A stretch of 64,000 bases of DNA from a virus. The notes beneath the pieces were generated by a model. That model saw only the letters and a list, made by a program, of their open reading frames with translations. It was not told the origin of the DNA and did no database searches. Within the stretch, counting starts at the first letter, position 1. Every line of letters begins with the position of its first letter. Shown here piece after piece: positions 17,803 through 26,831 of this stretch. Both the position numbers and the translations under genes were made by a program. Location: IMG/VR virus record IMGVR_UViG_3300006931_000005, positions 9,725 to 73,724 of that record; one strand, given 5' to 3'.

Positions 17803-17888
17803 GGTGGGTGCGGAGTACGGCTCGTAGCTGGATACTACGGATGCGGCCAACCAGTCCGAGTGGAAAAGCCAGCACGCACCTGCCACCA
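17803..17888 (+). ncRNA. tRNA-like RNA with GGA (Ser) pseudo-anticodon and ACCA end
   Basis: GGTGGGTGCG/CGCACCTGCC stem plus ACCA; CGTAG-CTGGATA-CTACG arm; no canonical T loop. Confidence 0.45.
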
Positions 17889-17895
17889 ATTTGAA

Positions 17896-18309
17896 ATGGA
17901 AAAAAAACGACTAATTTTTAACTCGCCGACGAATGACGAGCTTAAAGTGCTGAAGCACTTTTTGCCGAAGATCAAGGCGCAAGCCGAGTCCGAGGCGTCA
18001 ACTGATGTCAAAGCCAAGCGCGGTGCTCTAGTTCAAAAATTCTGCGGCATCTGCGGCGAGAGCCTGATCGACAAGCAGAAGCGAAGTCCGAATCCAAAAT
18101 TGTGCAAAGAGTGCGATGAATTTTTAACCGCTGGCCAGACCGCTCTTGTCACGATGGATGGGCGCTATGCGTTTGTACAATCTGACGGCTCCGAGGAGGC
18201 AAAGGCGATAGCTGGAAAAATCATTCCGGTTGAATCCAAGCTGCTGGATGAAATGGCGCAGAAACAAGGCATCGAAATCAAAGAGAATCCCAATGTCAAA
18301 AACAACTGA
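17896..18309 (+). CDS. hypothetical Zn-finger protein (start moved to ATG 17896)
   Basis: CGIC..CKEC; upstream part of the called ORF lies over the RNA cluster. Confidence 0.7.
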   Translation: MEKKRLIFNSPTNDELKVLKHFLPKIKAQAESEASTDVKAKRGALVQKFCGICGESLIDKQKRSPNPKLCKECDEFLTAGQTALVTMDGRYAFVQSDGSEEAKAIAGKIIPVESKLLDEMAQKQGIEIKENPNVKNN

Positions 18310-18652
18310 TAAAACCCTTCTGGAATTTATGAATCGCATCCCCCCGGCGCTCTGCCGGGCGATGGCCGTGAATTGCGGCAAGGGCAAGACGCCGGTTCTC
18401 AAGCCGAACGAGGAGATCGTCGAGCGGAGCGGTCTCAATCTGCGAACGATCTGCCGGTTGAACTACGCGCCGTCGTGGAAGGGAATCCGCATCGAGGTCG
18501 CGTCCGCGTTCATCTACGGCTGCGGTTTCAACATCCTGAAAAACAGCGACGTGAACCGGTTTTTGAAATTGAAAACGGCGACGGACTTTTCACACCTGAT
18601 GCCGTTCCAGAAGAAGCTGCTTTGGCAGGCGATGAACTGGTCTGAAAAATAA
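18293..18652 (+). CDS. hypothetical, possibly HTH DNA-binding protein
   Basis: EEIVERSGLNLRTICRL helix-turn-helix-like segment. Confidence 0.5.
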   Translation: MSKTTDKTLLEFMNRIPPALCRAMAVNCGKGKTPVLKPNEEIVERSGLNLRTICRLNYAPSWKGIRIEVASAFIYGCGFNILKNSDVNRFLKLKTATDFSHLMPFQKKLLWQAMNWSEK

Positions 18653-18654
18653 TT

Positions 18655-19104
18655 ATGAAATTGCAATTTGGCTGCGGTGAAAACAGGCTCCCGGACTTCG
18701 AGAACCATGACAATGACCTCGATGTGTGTGTCTGGCCACTTCCGTTCCCTGACGGAAGCGCCGACATCATATTCGCCGAACATCTGGGGGAGCACCTGAA
18801 TTCGCCGCAGCTTCTTGGCTTTCTGACCGAGTGCTACCGCATCCTGAAGCCCGGTGGTGTCATGCGCCTTTGCTGCCCGGTGATCGGGCCGCACCTGAAG
18901 CGTGAGCACGCCCGCGATCTGGCGATCAACCATGGCCATCAGCAGACGTTGAACCGTGAGTCGATGTTCACATTCCTGTGGATGGCTGGATTCGATTGGG
19001 GCTCGATCAATGCCACCGAGCGCCGTGATATAGATGGTCACTGGAAGATTATCGGCAAAGAGAAGGATGATCTGGAGACCTGTCGCATGGAGGCTAGGAA
19101 GTGA
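18655..19104 (+). CDS. class I SAM methyltransferase (type 11-like)
   Basis: LQFGCG, PLPFPDGSADII..EH, ECYRILKPGG. Confidence 0.88.
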   Translation: MKLQFGCGENRLPDFENHDNDLDVCVWPLPFPDGSADIIFAEHLGEHLNSPQLLGFLTECYRILKPGGVMRLCCPVIGPHLKREHARDLAINHGHQQTLNRESMFTFLWMAGFDWGSINATERRDIDGHWKIIGKEKDDLETCRMEARK

Positions 19105-19454
19105 AGTGGGCCACGCTCATCCTGCTGCTCGCGCTCCAGCTCCGGGCCGCTGACAACCAGCCAGTGATCTACACGACGTTCGTGTATAACGATTTTTACA
19201 CGGGTCGTCAGTATTGCTCGTGCTATGCGAGCAACGTCCAATACGGCACGCTTTGGGAGTTTCAAGTTAATACAAACCTCGCCACGACCAACTGGGTTCA
19301 TTTTGGCAGCGATTACTACACCGGATGGGGGACAAATTATTACTGGGTGCCGTATGCGATGGCAGACTGGCCGACGGATCGTGGCCCGCAGGCTTTTTTT
19401 CGGATGCGCCAGATTGGTACAAATTTTATGTTCTACCCGTTTTATCAGCTATGA
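19101..19454 (+). CDS. exported protein with Verrucomicrobia-type TNL..W...FFR motif
   Basis: Signal peptide MKWATLILLLALQLRA; QVNTNLATTNW...QAFFR. Confidence 0.7.
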   Translation: MKWATLILLLALQLRAADNQPVIYTTFVYNDFYTGRQYCSCYASNVQYGTLWEFQVNTNLATTNWVHFGSDYYTGWGTNYYWVPYAMADWPTDRGPQAFFRMRQIGTNFMFYPFYQL

Positions 19455-20020
19455 ACGAAATCATCCATCTGCCGAAACGCATCGACCTGATCGCCATGCT
19501 ACCGCAGGGCTCGGTGATCGCCGAGATTGGCGTCTGGCGCGGTTACTTCTCTTGCGAGATGCTGAACTTGCCGAATCTTGGCCATCTCTACCTGATCGAC
19601 GCATGGAAGTCCCAGCCCGGTTACAACGATCCGCTGTCCGATGCCGACCACGAGGCGAATCTGGCGGAGACCAAGCGCAACATTAGCGGCCACATTCCCG
19701 GTGGCCGGGTCACGATCATCCGTGCCGATTCGGACAAGGCTGTCACGCACGAGCATTTCAAAGAGCAGCCACGGCTCGATGCGATCTTTCTCGACGCCGA
19801 TCATTCGTATGACGCAGTTCTCCGCGATCTCCGGTACTGGGTGAAATTCGTCAAGCCTAACGGCTGGATCATGGGCCATGATTACACGAACAACGCCATG
19901 TCCCAGCAGCACAAGTGGGGCGTGATCCCGGCTGTCGCTGATTTCTGTGACGAATTTGGCTGGAAACTCACACACCTGACCGACGAGGATTTTGCGTCCT
20001 TCGGCCTGCGAAAAGCATGA
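19451..20020 (+). CDS. class I SAM methyltransferase (Methyltransf_24-like)
   Basis: AEIGVWRG, IDAW, IFLDADHSYDAV..D, GHDY. Confidence 0.9.
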   Translation: MNEIIHLPKRIDLIAMLPQGSVIAEIGVWRGYFSCEMLNLPNLGHLYLIDAWKSQPGYNDPLSDADHEANLAETKRNISGHIPGGRVTIIRADSDKAVTHEHFKEQPRLDAIFLDADHSYDAVLRDLRYWVKFVKPNGWIMGHDYTNNAMSQQHKWGVIPAVADFCDEFGWKLTHLTDEDFASFGLRKA

Positions 20021-20601
20021 TCCCGAAAATCATTCATCAAGTCTGGTTCGGCGACCGGCCTGAAGAAATCCGGCAGTTGATGCTCACCGTCCGGGCGATC
20101 CATCCGGGCTGGGAGATCAGGATGTGGCACGAGGACAACATCGAAAAGCTTGGCCTGAACTGGGCTGATCTGATCGACAAATGCCAGAACGCCGCCAGCG
20201 TCTCGAATATCGTCCGGCTTTTTGCTGTGCTGCAATTTGGCGGATTTTATTTGGACTGCGATGTGCGCTGTCAGAATCCGTTGACGCCATTGCTGATTCA
20301 CCGGGCTGTGGCTGCTTTTCAGGGCCAGACAGATGAGCGTATTTGCAATGCGATTTTTGGTGCCGAGCCGAAGCATCCGTGGATCGCGTGGCAGCTAAAT
20401 GGAGATAATCTTGAGAAGCTGAAAAATGCCGATGCCGCTCGCGGTGTTTACATTATGACCGAAGCACCGCGCCAAGGTCTTTCGCTAATCTGGAGCCACA
20501 AATTTTATCCAATCGGCTGGGAGAATCCGCCCAAAGAACGCAAGCTGCCGACTGACAGCTTCACCGATCACTATTGGAACGGGAGCTGGAAGGAGAAATG
20601 A
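20017..20601 (+). CDS. glycosyltransferase family 32 (OCH1-like, DxD)
   Basis: IPKIIHQVWFG, R...GGFYLDCD, HYWNGSW. Confidence 0.92.
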   Translation: MIPKIIHQVWFGDRPEEIRQLMLTVRAIHPGWEIRMWHEDNIEKLGLNWADLIDKCQNAASVSNIVRLFAVLQFGGFYLDCDVRCQNPLTPLLIHRAVAAFQGQTDERICNAIFGAEPKHPWIAWQLNGDNLEKLKNADAARGVYIMTEAPRQGLSLIWSHKFYPIGWENPPKERKLPTDSFTDHYWNGSWKEK

Positions 20602-20855
20602 AAATTAAACAGATAGATTGGCAAGAAAGGCCAAGCGAGCGTTACCCAAATTCAAAACTTTGGGTTGGTAGCGTAGGTGGTAAATTTATTTTTGGCGCTA
20701 CAAATTCAATGCAAGACGGAAGCGGTCAGTGGGGACTCCAGTTTTTCATCGGCCTACATCCAGATGAAAACGTGAAGTGGTTTCCAACTGTTGAAAAAAT
20801 GAAAGAGGCGGCAACATTGCTTCTTGAAAACCACGTCAAAGGATTGATCGAATGA
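20598..20855 (+). CDS. hypothetical protein (AT-rich insert)
   Basis: ATGA overlaps on both sides. Confidence 0.6.
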   Translation: MKIKQIDWQERPSERYPNSKLWVGSVGGKFIFGATNSMQDGSGQWGLQFFIGLHPDENVKWFPTVEKMKEAATLLLENHVKGLIE

Positions 20856-21850
20856 AATATCTTGTAACAGGCGGAGCCGGTTTTATCGGCAGTCATCTGG
20901 TGGACGCGCTGCTCGCGGACATCAATACCACCGAGGTCAGGATCATCGACGATTTCTCGTCCGGCAAGATCGAGCACCTGTACCAGCACGGCGCGAACGT
21001 GGCCGATGGTCGTCTGAAGATTCACAAATTTGATCTGGTTCAACCCAACCCGGCAACCCATGTATGCTTCAAAGACATTGATTGTGTTTTCCATCTGTCT
21101 GCTAATCCCGATGCCCGTCTCGGAATCGAGAATACTCATTTGGATTTGGAGCAGGAGGTACTGGCTACCTACAACGTGCTTGATGCCATGCGTCGGGCTG
21201 GTTGTAAGAAGATCATTTTTTCTTCCTCCGGCACGGTCTATGGAGACATCGGCACAACTCCGGCGAAAGAAGGTATGGGAGAACGTCACCCGATTAGTCT
21301 CTACGGGGCAGGTAAAGTTTCCAGCGAAGCCTTCATCGCAGCTTATTGCGGAACTTTCGGCTTTTCGTCGGTGATCTTCCGTTTCGGCAACGTCGTCGGT
21401 GAGCGCACCACTCACGGCTGCATTTTTGATTTCATGGCCAAGATCAAAAAGCACCCGGACAAGTTGGTGGTGCTCGGCAATGGCAAGCAATCGAAGCCTT
21501 ATATCTACGTCCGCGACATTGCTGCTGGGTTGATCCACGGCCTTACCATGCTTACAGGCGGAGGCATGGGGCCGGGAAGCTGTTTTCCGTTCAATCTAGC
21601 ACCGTCTGGTGCTACAACTGTTCAGTTTATCGCCGAGGAGCTGGTTCGTCAGATGGGGCTCGAAGGAAAAATCGAGATCGTTTACGGCGAATCAGAATCA
21701 GGCTGGGCTGGCGACGTGCCACACTCACGCATGGACGCATCGAATCTTGAATTGTACGGATTCAAGCCCAGCCTGACCTCCGACGGCGCGGTGATGCGGG
21801 CGATCTACGAAATCTTGAACTACAAGCAACCCGAACCTCCGAAAGAATGA
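20852..21850 (+). CDS. NAD-dependent nucleotide-sugar epimerase/dehydratase (GalE-like)
   Basis: VTGGAGFIGSHL, SSSGTVYG, YGAGK, RFGNVVG. Confidence 0.95.
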   Translation: MKYLVTGGAGFIGSHLVDALLADINTTEVRIIDDFSSGKIEHLYQHGANVADGRLKIHKFDLVQPNPATHVCFKDIDCVFHLSANPDARLGIENTHLDLEQEVLATYNVLDAMRRAGCKKIIFSSSGTVYGDIGTTPAKEGMGERHPISLYGAGKVSSEAFIAAYCGTFGFSSVIFRFGNVVGERTTHGCIFDFMAKIKKHPDKLVVLGNGKQSKPYIYVRDIAAGLIHGLTMLTGGGMGPGSCFPFNLAPSGATTVQFIAEELVRQMGLEGKIEIVYGESESGWAGDVPHSRMDASNLELYGFKPSLTSDGAVMRAIYEILNYKQPEPPKE

Positions 21851-22545
21851 AGCCTCAACCCTATATGCTCGGCTCTGGCTACCACTGGGAATTTCACCGT
21901 GGCCCGGACACGTTTTTCAAAACGTGGATGGACAACATCTGCCGCCTCGATGTAAAGCCGGATAAGATCGTCATCATCGCCGATACCGGAGCCCGGCCAC
22001 CGATTGACGGCCTGTTCATTCCGGCGACGATCCCAGTGATCCCAATCCACTTGAGCGGCGATCTGGGTAACTGCCATGTGTTGCTAAACGGGATCAAGCA
22101 GCACAAGTTCTCCGGTTGGACTGGCGCAGTTTGCCAGTTGGCCTTGACCGCTTACTGCGATGAGAAGGATTTTATTTTCTTCGAGCAGGACGTGCTCGCC
22201 TTCGGCCCGATCATCCACAAGATGTACGAGGAGATCAAAGACGCCGGGATAATCTTCGGCAAATGCAACTGGATGCCCTGCGAGCAAAGCCTGTTTCTTG
22301 TTCGCCACCATTACATCCCGGAATTCGTTCGACTTTTCTTGAGCCAAGGCCCGCAGAATTGCGAGGAGAATCTTGGCGAGCACATTTTCATGCGTCTCGC
22401 CCGCGAGCACACGAAGGACTGGTTTCAATTTGAAATCCAGTACGGTCGTAACCGGCCCATCAATTTTGATGATCCGGTTTTCTACGCCCAAAAATGGGAG
22501 CCCTGCGAGCTCGCGGAGCTTCTGAAACGCACAATGATAATTTGA
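21847..22545 (+). CDS. putative GT-A glycosyltransferase
   Basis: FIFFEQD (DxD-like); glycan-cluster context. Confidence 0.55.
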   Translation: MKPQPYMLGSGYHWEFHRGPDTFFKTWMDNICRLDVKPDKIVIIADTGARPPIDGLFIPATIPVIPIHLSGDLGNCHVLLNGIKQHKFSGWTGAVCQLALTAYCDEKDFIFFEQDVLAFGPIIHKMYEEIKDAGIIFGKCNWMPCEQSLFLVRHHYIPEFVRLFLSQGPQNCEENLGEHIFMRLAREHTKDWFQFEIQYGRNRPINFDDPVFYAQKWEPCELAELLKRTMII

Positions 22546-22574
22546 CCGCAGTAAACCAATAAACAAAAACTGAT

Positions 22575-22934
22575 ATGCACGACCACGACCCATCACTAAC
22601 CGCATTTAACAACTTGGCCAATTCTGAATTGACCAGAAAAATGAACGAGCTGAACGCCGCTGGCGTCCAGATGGAGATGCCGAAATACAAATGCCACAAG
22701 CAGGTCTGGGCATTGAAGATCGGCGTGCTCCGTGATCCAACCGAGCCCGGAAACGAATCAGACGGAAGCCGCATCATCATTCCGGTCGAGCCCGGCTACG
22801 CGCCGTTTAAGGTCGATGCTGATTTCGTCAGGAAGCATAAGCCTGAAGCTGGCGGCTACTACGTCGTTTACGCTGATGGCTATAAATCCTATTCGCCAGC
22901 GAAAGCTTTCGAGGATGGTTACACCAAAATCTGA
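22575..22934 (+). CDS. conserved phage protein
   Basis: MPKYKCHKQVWALKI...GGYYVVYADGYKSYSPAKAFEDGY, a pattern common in phages. Confidence 0.7.
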   Translation: MHDHDPSLTAFNNLANSELTRKMNELNAAGVQMEMPKYKCHKQVWALKIGVLRDPTEPGNESDGSRIIIPVEPGYAPFKVDADFVRKHKPEAGGYYVVYADGYKSYSPAKAFEDGYTKI

Positions 22935-22936
22935 TT

Positions 22937-23791
22937 ATGCACGATCCAATGACACAGATATGCTCATGGCCCAGCTACGATTTCCAGCAGCGGTATAAAA
23001 ACCGCTGGTGGTTTCCGAAGTGGCTGGGAAATTTTACGCTGTTCACGCTCTGGCACGTCGATCCATGCAAGCGCAAGGGCCGGTCGGTGCGCGGCGATGA
23101 TTCCTGCGGCTGGTTTATGCGGTCGGGCCACGGCGACCCGGAGGTGCTGGCCAAGATCGTCAGCCGGTTCAAATTCGACTGGGATCGCACGTTCACGTCG
23201 GACGACAAGCGCGTTTATTTCTGCGGCCTGTTCTGCCCGAACGGTGATCCACACCATTCCGTTCAAGCCATCGTGTTGAATCTTTTCTTCGATGCCGCGA
23301 ATGTTTATTTCACGGTCGATGGTCGGTCGAACTGGAAAAAGACCCGGAAATGGATGCAGAAAAATTTGTTCGACATCCTGATGTTTGCGGAAAATCCGAC
23401 CGACAGCCTGTTCGACGGCATCACCCGTAAGTTCAGCGATGGAGCCGCCGAGTCGCCGCGTGACCGCGAGGAGCGGATCGAGCGCATGGCATCGTGCATC
23501 TACGGCTGGATTCTGCGCGAGCAGCGGCCTTGGTATCGCCATCCCCGCTGGCATATCAATCACTGGAGCATCCAGATTCATCCGTGGCAAAAGATTCACC
23601 GCTGGCTGTTCGCCCGGTGCGCGATCTGTAAGCGCGGATTCAAATATGGCGAGACGCCCATGGGCAACTGGGGTGGTGATAAAATCTGGCATCAGAAATG
23701 TGATGCGGCACAATGCCCCGATCCATGTAGCGGATCGCAGCTTGCACAGCAGGCGGGAGTCACGCCGGATAAACCTTGGCCGAGAAAATAA
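22937..23791 (+). CDS. hypothetical Trp/His/Cys-rich protein
   Basis: In-operon ORF; WHVDP..DDSCGW, HPRWHINHW, CAIC. Confidence 0.7.
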   Translation: MHDPMTQICSWPSYDFQQRYKNRWWFPKWLGNFTLFTLWHVDPCKRKGRSVRGDDSCGWFMRSGHGDPEVLAKIVSRFKFDWDRTFTSDDKRVYFCGLFCPNGDPHHSVQAIVLNLFFDAANVYFTVDGRSNWKKTRKWMQKNLFDILMFAENPTDSLFDGITRKFSDGAAESPRDREERIERMASCIYGWILREQRPWYRHPRWHINHWSIQIHPWQKIHRWLFARCAICKRGFKYGETPMGNWGGDKIWHQKCDAAQCPDPCSGSQLAQQAGVTPDKPWPRK

Positions 23792-23793
23792 TT

Positions 23794-26064
23794 ATGGGAG
23801 TAACAGCAATCTTGGTGGCAACTGGTCGGATCGAACGCTTGAACGAGGCGATAGCCAGCTTTCTGGATCAGGATTTGGAGGACAAGCAACTCATCGTTTT
23901 TAACTCTTGCTTCCGGCAGACGTTGAGCGGCGACTTTCCGAATGTCATTTTCATCAATGCGAAGGAAATGACGATGCCAATGCGGTGCAAAAACATCTCC
24001 ATCGAAAACGCGAAGCACCCGATCATCGTTTTATGGAGCGAGATTGATTACTACCTGCCCGGCCACCTTTCGCGTGTGGTAAAAAACATGGAAGGCCGTG
24101 ATTGGTGCTGGTTCGAGCGTGAATTCCAGTCGGATCATCGCCGCCACCTCCGGGTTGAGCAGGGCTCTGAATCTGTGTTCTCATTTTCCCGCACAGCATG
24201 GCGCAAGGTCGGCGGCTTTCATCCCGGCATCAACGGCGCGGACGACCGTAACTTCATCGCCCGTGTCACGGGTGAATGCGAGGGCCAGAAGATTCCCACC
24301 TCGCCCGCCGAGATCACCTTCATTCGCGTTGGAAACGAAGAAGCGCGGGCCGCGTGCAAGCCTACAATCAAGAGCGGGCCGATCAAGGTTGAGCCGCTTT
24401 TATCCCGCGACTATCGCAGCCAGATTCTCCAGTTTCTTTCCGGCAAGATTGAGAACAAAGTCTGCGTCGTTGAGCTGGGCCGGTTCGGTGATCTCATCAA
24501 CATTCTGCCCTATCTGCGGATGATCCACGAGCTGTACGATACGCCCGCCGTCTGCGTCAGTCAGGAATTTGTTTCGCTGTTCGACGGGATTTCCTACGTC
24601 AAGCCGTGGCCGCTGCCGATCAAGAACGAGGAGCTGGGCCAAGCCCTGTCGCTGGCCAAGGAGGAATTCTCCATTGTCATCAACGCGCAAATCTGGGGCC
24701 GTGGCTGGTCGCAGCGCCGGACTACCGAAAGCTACAACAAGGAGAGCTGGGCCAACTGTGGCATCCTGAATCTTTTTGAGGACAAGGAGATCAGACCCGC
24801 GTTCGACCGGCGTGATCCGGCGCGTGAAGCGCAGCTCATCAAAACGGTTCTTACTTCTGACGTTGACTCGCTCGTATCTCCGGGCATCACCGAACCCTTG
24901 CTGGTCGCCAGCAGGCCGGTGATCTTGGTGAACACCAGCAAGGCCATCAGCTCGCCGTGTCCAACGTGTGATGTCGTGCTCGACGAGATCAGGAAGCTCT
25001 GGGGTGTTGATAACATTGTCGTTGATCTGGCCAAGGTCACGGCGGAAAGAATTTACGATCTGCTCGGACTGTTTGAAATCTCATCGTGCCTCGTGTGCAT
25101 CGACAGCGCGTTCCTTCATCTCGCGCAGGCAGTGGACATCGGGATCGTGGCGATCACTAACCCAAAGCCGTGGGCAGGTACAATCGTCCGCCGAAATTTG
25201 GTGGCGCAGACCGACTACGAGAAGCTGGACATGGCCAAGATTCACGAGGGCATTGCAGCCTGCCTAAACATTGGGCCTTTGAGGATCAAAACGCCGGAGA
25301 TTCTGAAGCCGTTGCTGTACCGGGCCTTCAACTTGATCGACAAGTTTGAGGATTCGGACGAGATGGCGATCCGCCGCAAATCGCACGCCGTAAAATCACA
25401 GGATGATCTTTACGAGAACGGCAGGCTGACCCCGATCCATGTCTGGGATTACCCGCGCACGGCGGACAAGGAGCTTGGCGATCCGCGCAGGCTTCCGTAC
25501 CTGAAAGACCTGTTCCAGAAATTCTTGGACGTGTCTGAAAACGCCAATGATGTCTGCATCTGGTCGAACGACGACACGATCCTGCATCCAAACATCGTGG
25601 AGTACGCAAAATTTCATTGCGCGGTGTACGGCGCTTGCTCGTTCTTCCGCAGCGAGTTTGGGCCGAACCCTCCGTCACTTGAATCAAGGCCGGAAGATTA
25701 CGCCCGGCAATCGCGTGGCCGTCACATTGGGCGTGATGCGTTCGCCTTCAGCCGTAGTTGGCTGCATGAGAATTGGGACGACATACCGGACTTCGTGCTT
25801 GGTGCGTCTGGCTGGGATTTGTGCATGGCGGCGATCATCCGGCTGACCTTCGGCATCAAGACGACCGGCGCAAACCTTGGCGAGCAGATTTTCCCGGCAG
25901 AGCCGCCGAACGGGTATGTCGGCCACATCGCGCACAAGTCGCTCTGGAATCTGGAGCACACGGTTAATTCGCCGTCGAACGTCTGGAACGGAAAGCTGTT
26001 TCGCAAGTGGTCGGAGAAAAACGACATGGCGCTTCAGTTTACGCCGGAAAATAATCTCGCATGA
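23794..26064 (+). CDS. tri-modular glycosyltransferase (GT2-like, GT9/heptosyltransferase-like, GT-A-like)
   Basis: AIASFLDQD; LGRFGDLINILP...IDSAFLHLAQA; WSNDD. Confidence 0.8.
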   Translation: MGVTAILVATGRIERLNEAIASFLDQDLEDKQLIVFNSCFRQTLSGDFPNVIFINAKEMTMPMRCKNISIENAKHPIIVLWSEIDYYLPGHLSRVVKNMEGRDWCWFEREFQSDHRRHLRVEQGSESVFSFSRTAWRKVGGFHPGINGADDRNFIARVTGECEGQKIPTSPAEITFIRVGNEEARAACKPTIKSGPIKVEPLLSRDYRSQILQFLSGKIENKVCVVELGRFGDLINILPYLRMIHELYDTPAVCVSQEFVSLFDGISYVKPWPLPIKNEELGQALSLAKEEFSIVINAQIWGRGWSQRRTTESYNKESWANCGILNLFEDKEIRPAFDRRDPAREAQLIKTVLTSDVDSLVSPGITEPLLVASRPVILVNTSKAISSPCPTCDVVLDEIRKLWGVDNIVVDLAKVTAERIYDLLGLFEISSCLVCIDSAFLHLAQAVDIGIVAITNPKPWAGTIVRRNLVAQTDYEKLDMAKIHEGIAACLNIGPLRIKTPEILKPLLYRAFNLIDKFEDSDEMAIRRKSHAVKSQDDLYENGRLTPIHVWDYPRTADKELGDPRRLPYLKDLFQKFLDVSENANDVCIWSNDDTILHPNIVEYAKFHCAVYGACSFFRSEFGPNPPSLESRPEDYARQSRGRHIGRDAFAFSRSWLHENWDDIPDFVLGASGWDLCMAAIIRLTFGIKTTGANLGEQIFPAEPPNGYVGHIAHKSLWNLEHTVNSPSNVWNGKLFRKWSEKNDMALQFTPENNLA

Positions 26065-26831
26065 CACCCCTGCACATTTTCACGCTGGCGCTGGACGCCA
26101 TCGACTTCCTGCCGTGGCAGCTTGAGACCTTCGAGGCGCTGAATCGCCCGTGGACGTGGCATATCATCACCGGAGTCGCCGACAATGTGGCGGATACAAA
26201 ATGGTGCTCCAAGATCGCGCCACGGTTAAGCCGTGACGGTACGGAAGAATGGCTGGCGAAGCACGCGAAGCATCCGAACATCCGCGTTTATAGACGCCAG
26301 CTCTGGCCGGGCAAGACCGCCATGTGCAATGCGGCCACCTCTAAGATCAACGAGGACTGCGTGCTCATGCAGATCGACGCGGACGAAATTTGGACTGCCG
26401 GGCAGCTCGAAAAAATCTGCAAACTATACGAGTCCGGTAGCTACGACCGCATCAGATTTCTGTGTCGGTACTTTGTAGGCGAGAGCTTGGTCGTGTCATC
26501 CAACTGCGGCTGGGGGAACAAGCCCGGCGAGTGGAGCCGGTCGTGGCTGTTCCGGCCCGGTATGTTTTTCACCTGTCACGAGCCGCCCGTGCTGGAGGGC
26601 TGTGGACGGCGTGAGATGTCACGCGAAGAATCGAGCGGTCATGGTCTCGTTTTCGATCATCTGGCGTATGTGATGGAGCGTCAGGTGGCGTTCAAGGAAA
26701 AGTATTACAAGTACGCCGGGGCGGTTGATGGCTGGCGTCGTTTACAGGCGCAGACAGAATTCCCGTGCAGGCTGAAGCCGTTTATGCCGTGGGTGGACGA
26801 CGGTACGATGGTGGACAAGATCAAAGCCTGA
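26061..26831 (+). CDS. GT2-like glycosyltransferase
   Basis: SRDGT, MQIDADEIW, FDHLAY. Confidence 0.85.
   Translation: MTPLHIFTLALDAIDFLPWQLETFEALNRPWTWHIITGVADNVADTKWCSKIAPRLSRDGTEEWLAKHAKHPNIRVYRRQLWPGKTAMCNAATSKINEDCVLMQIDADEIWTAGQLEKICKLYESGSYDRIRFLCRYFVGESLVVSSNCGWGNKPGEWSRSWLFRPGMFFTCHEPPVLEGCGRREMSREESSGHGLVFDHLAYVMERQVAFKEKYYKYAGAVDGWRRLQAQTEFPCRLKPFMPWVDDGTMVDKIKA

Noticed and set aside
17716-17895. 5' extension of ORF 17716-18309
   Set aside because: Overlaps structured RNA candidates; protein-like sequence starts at ATG 17896
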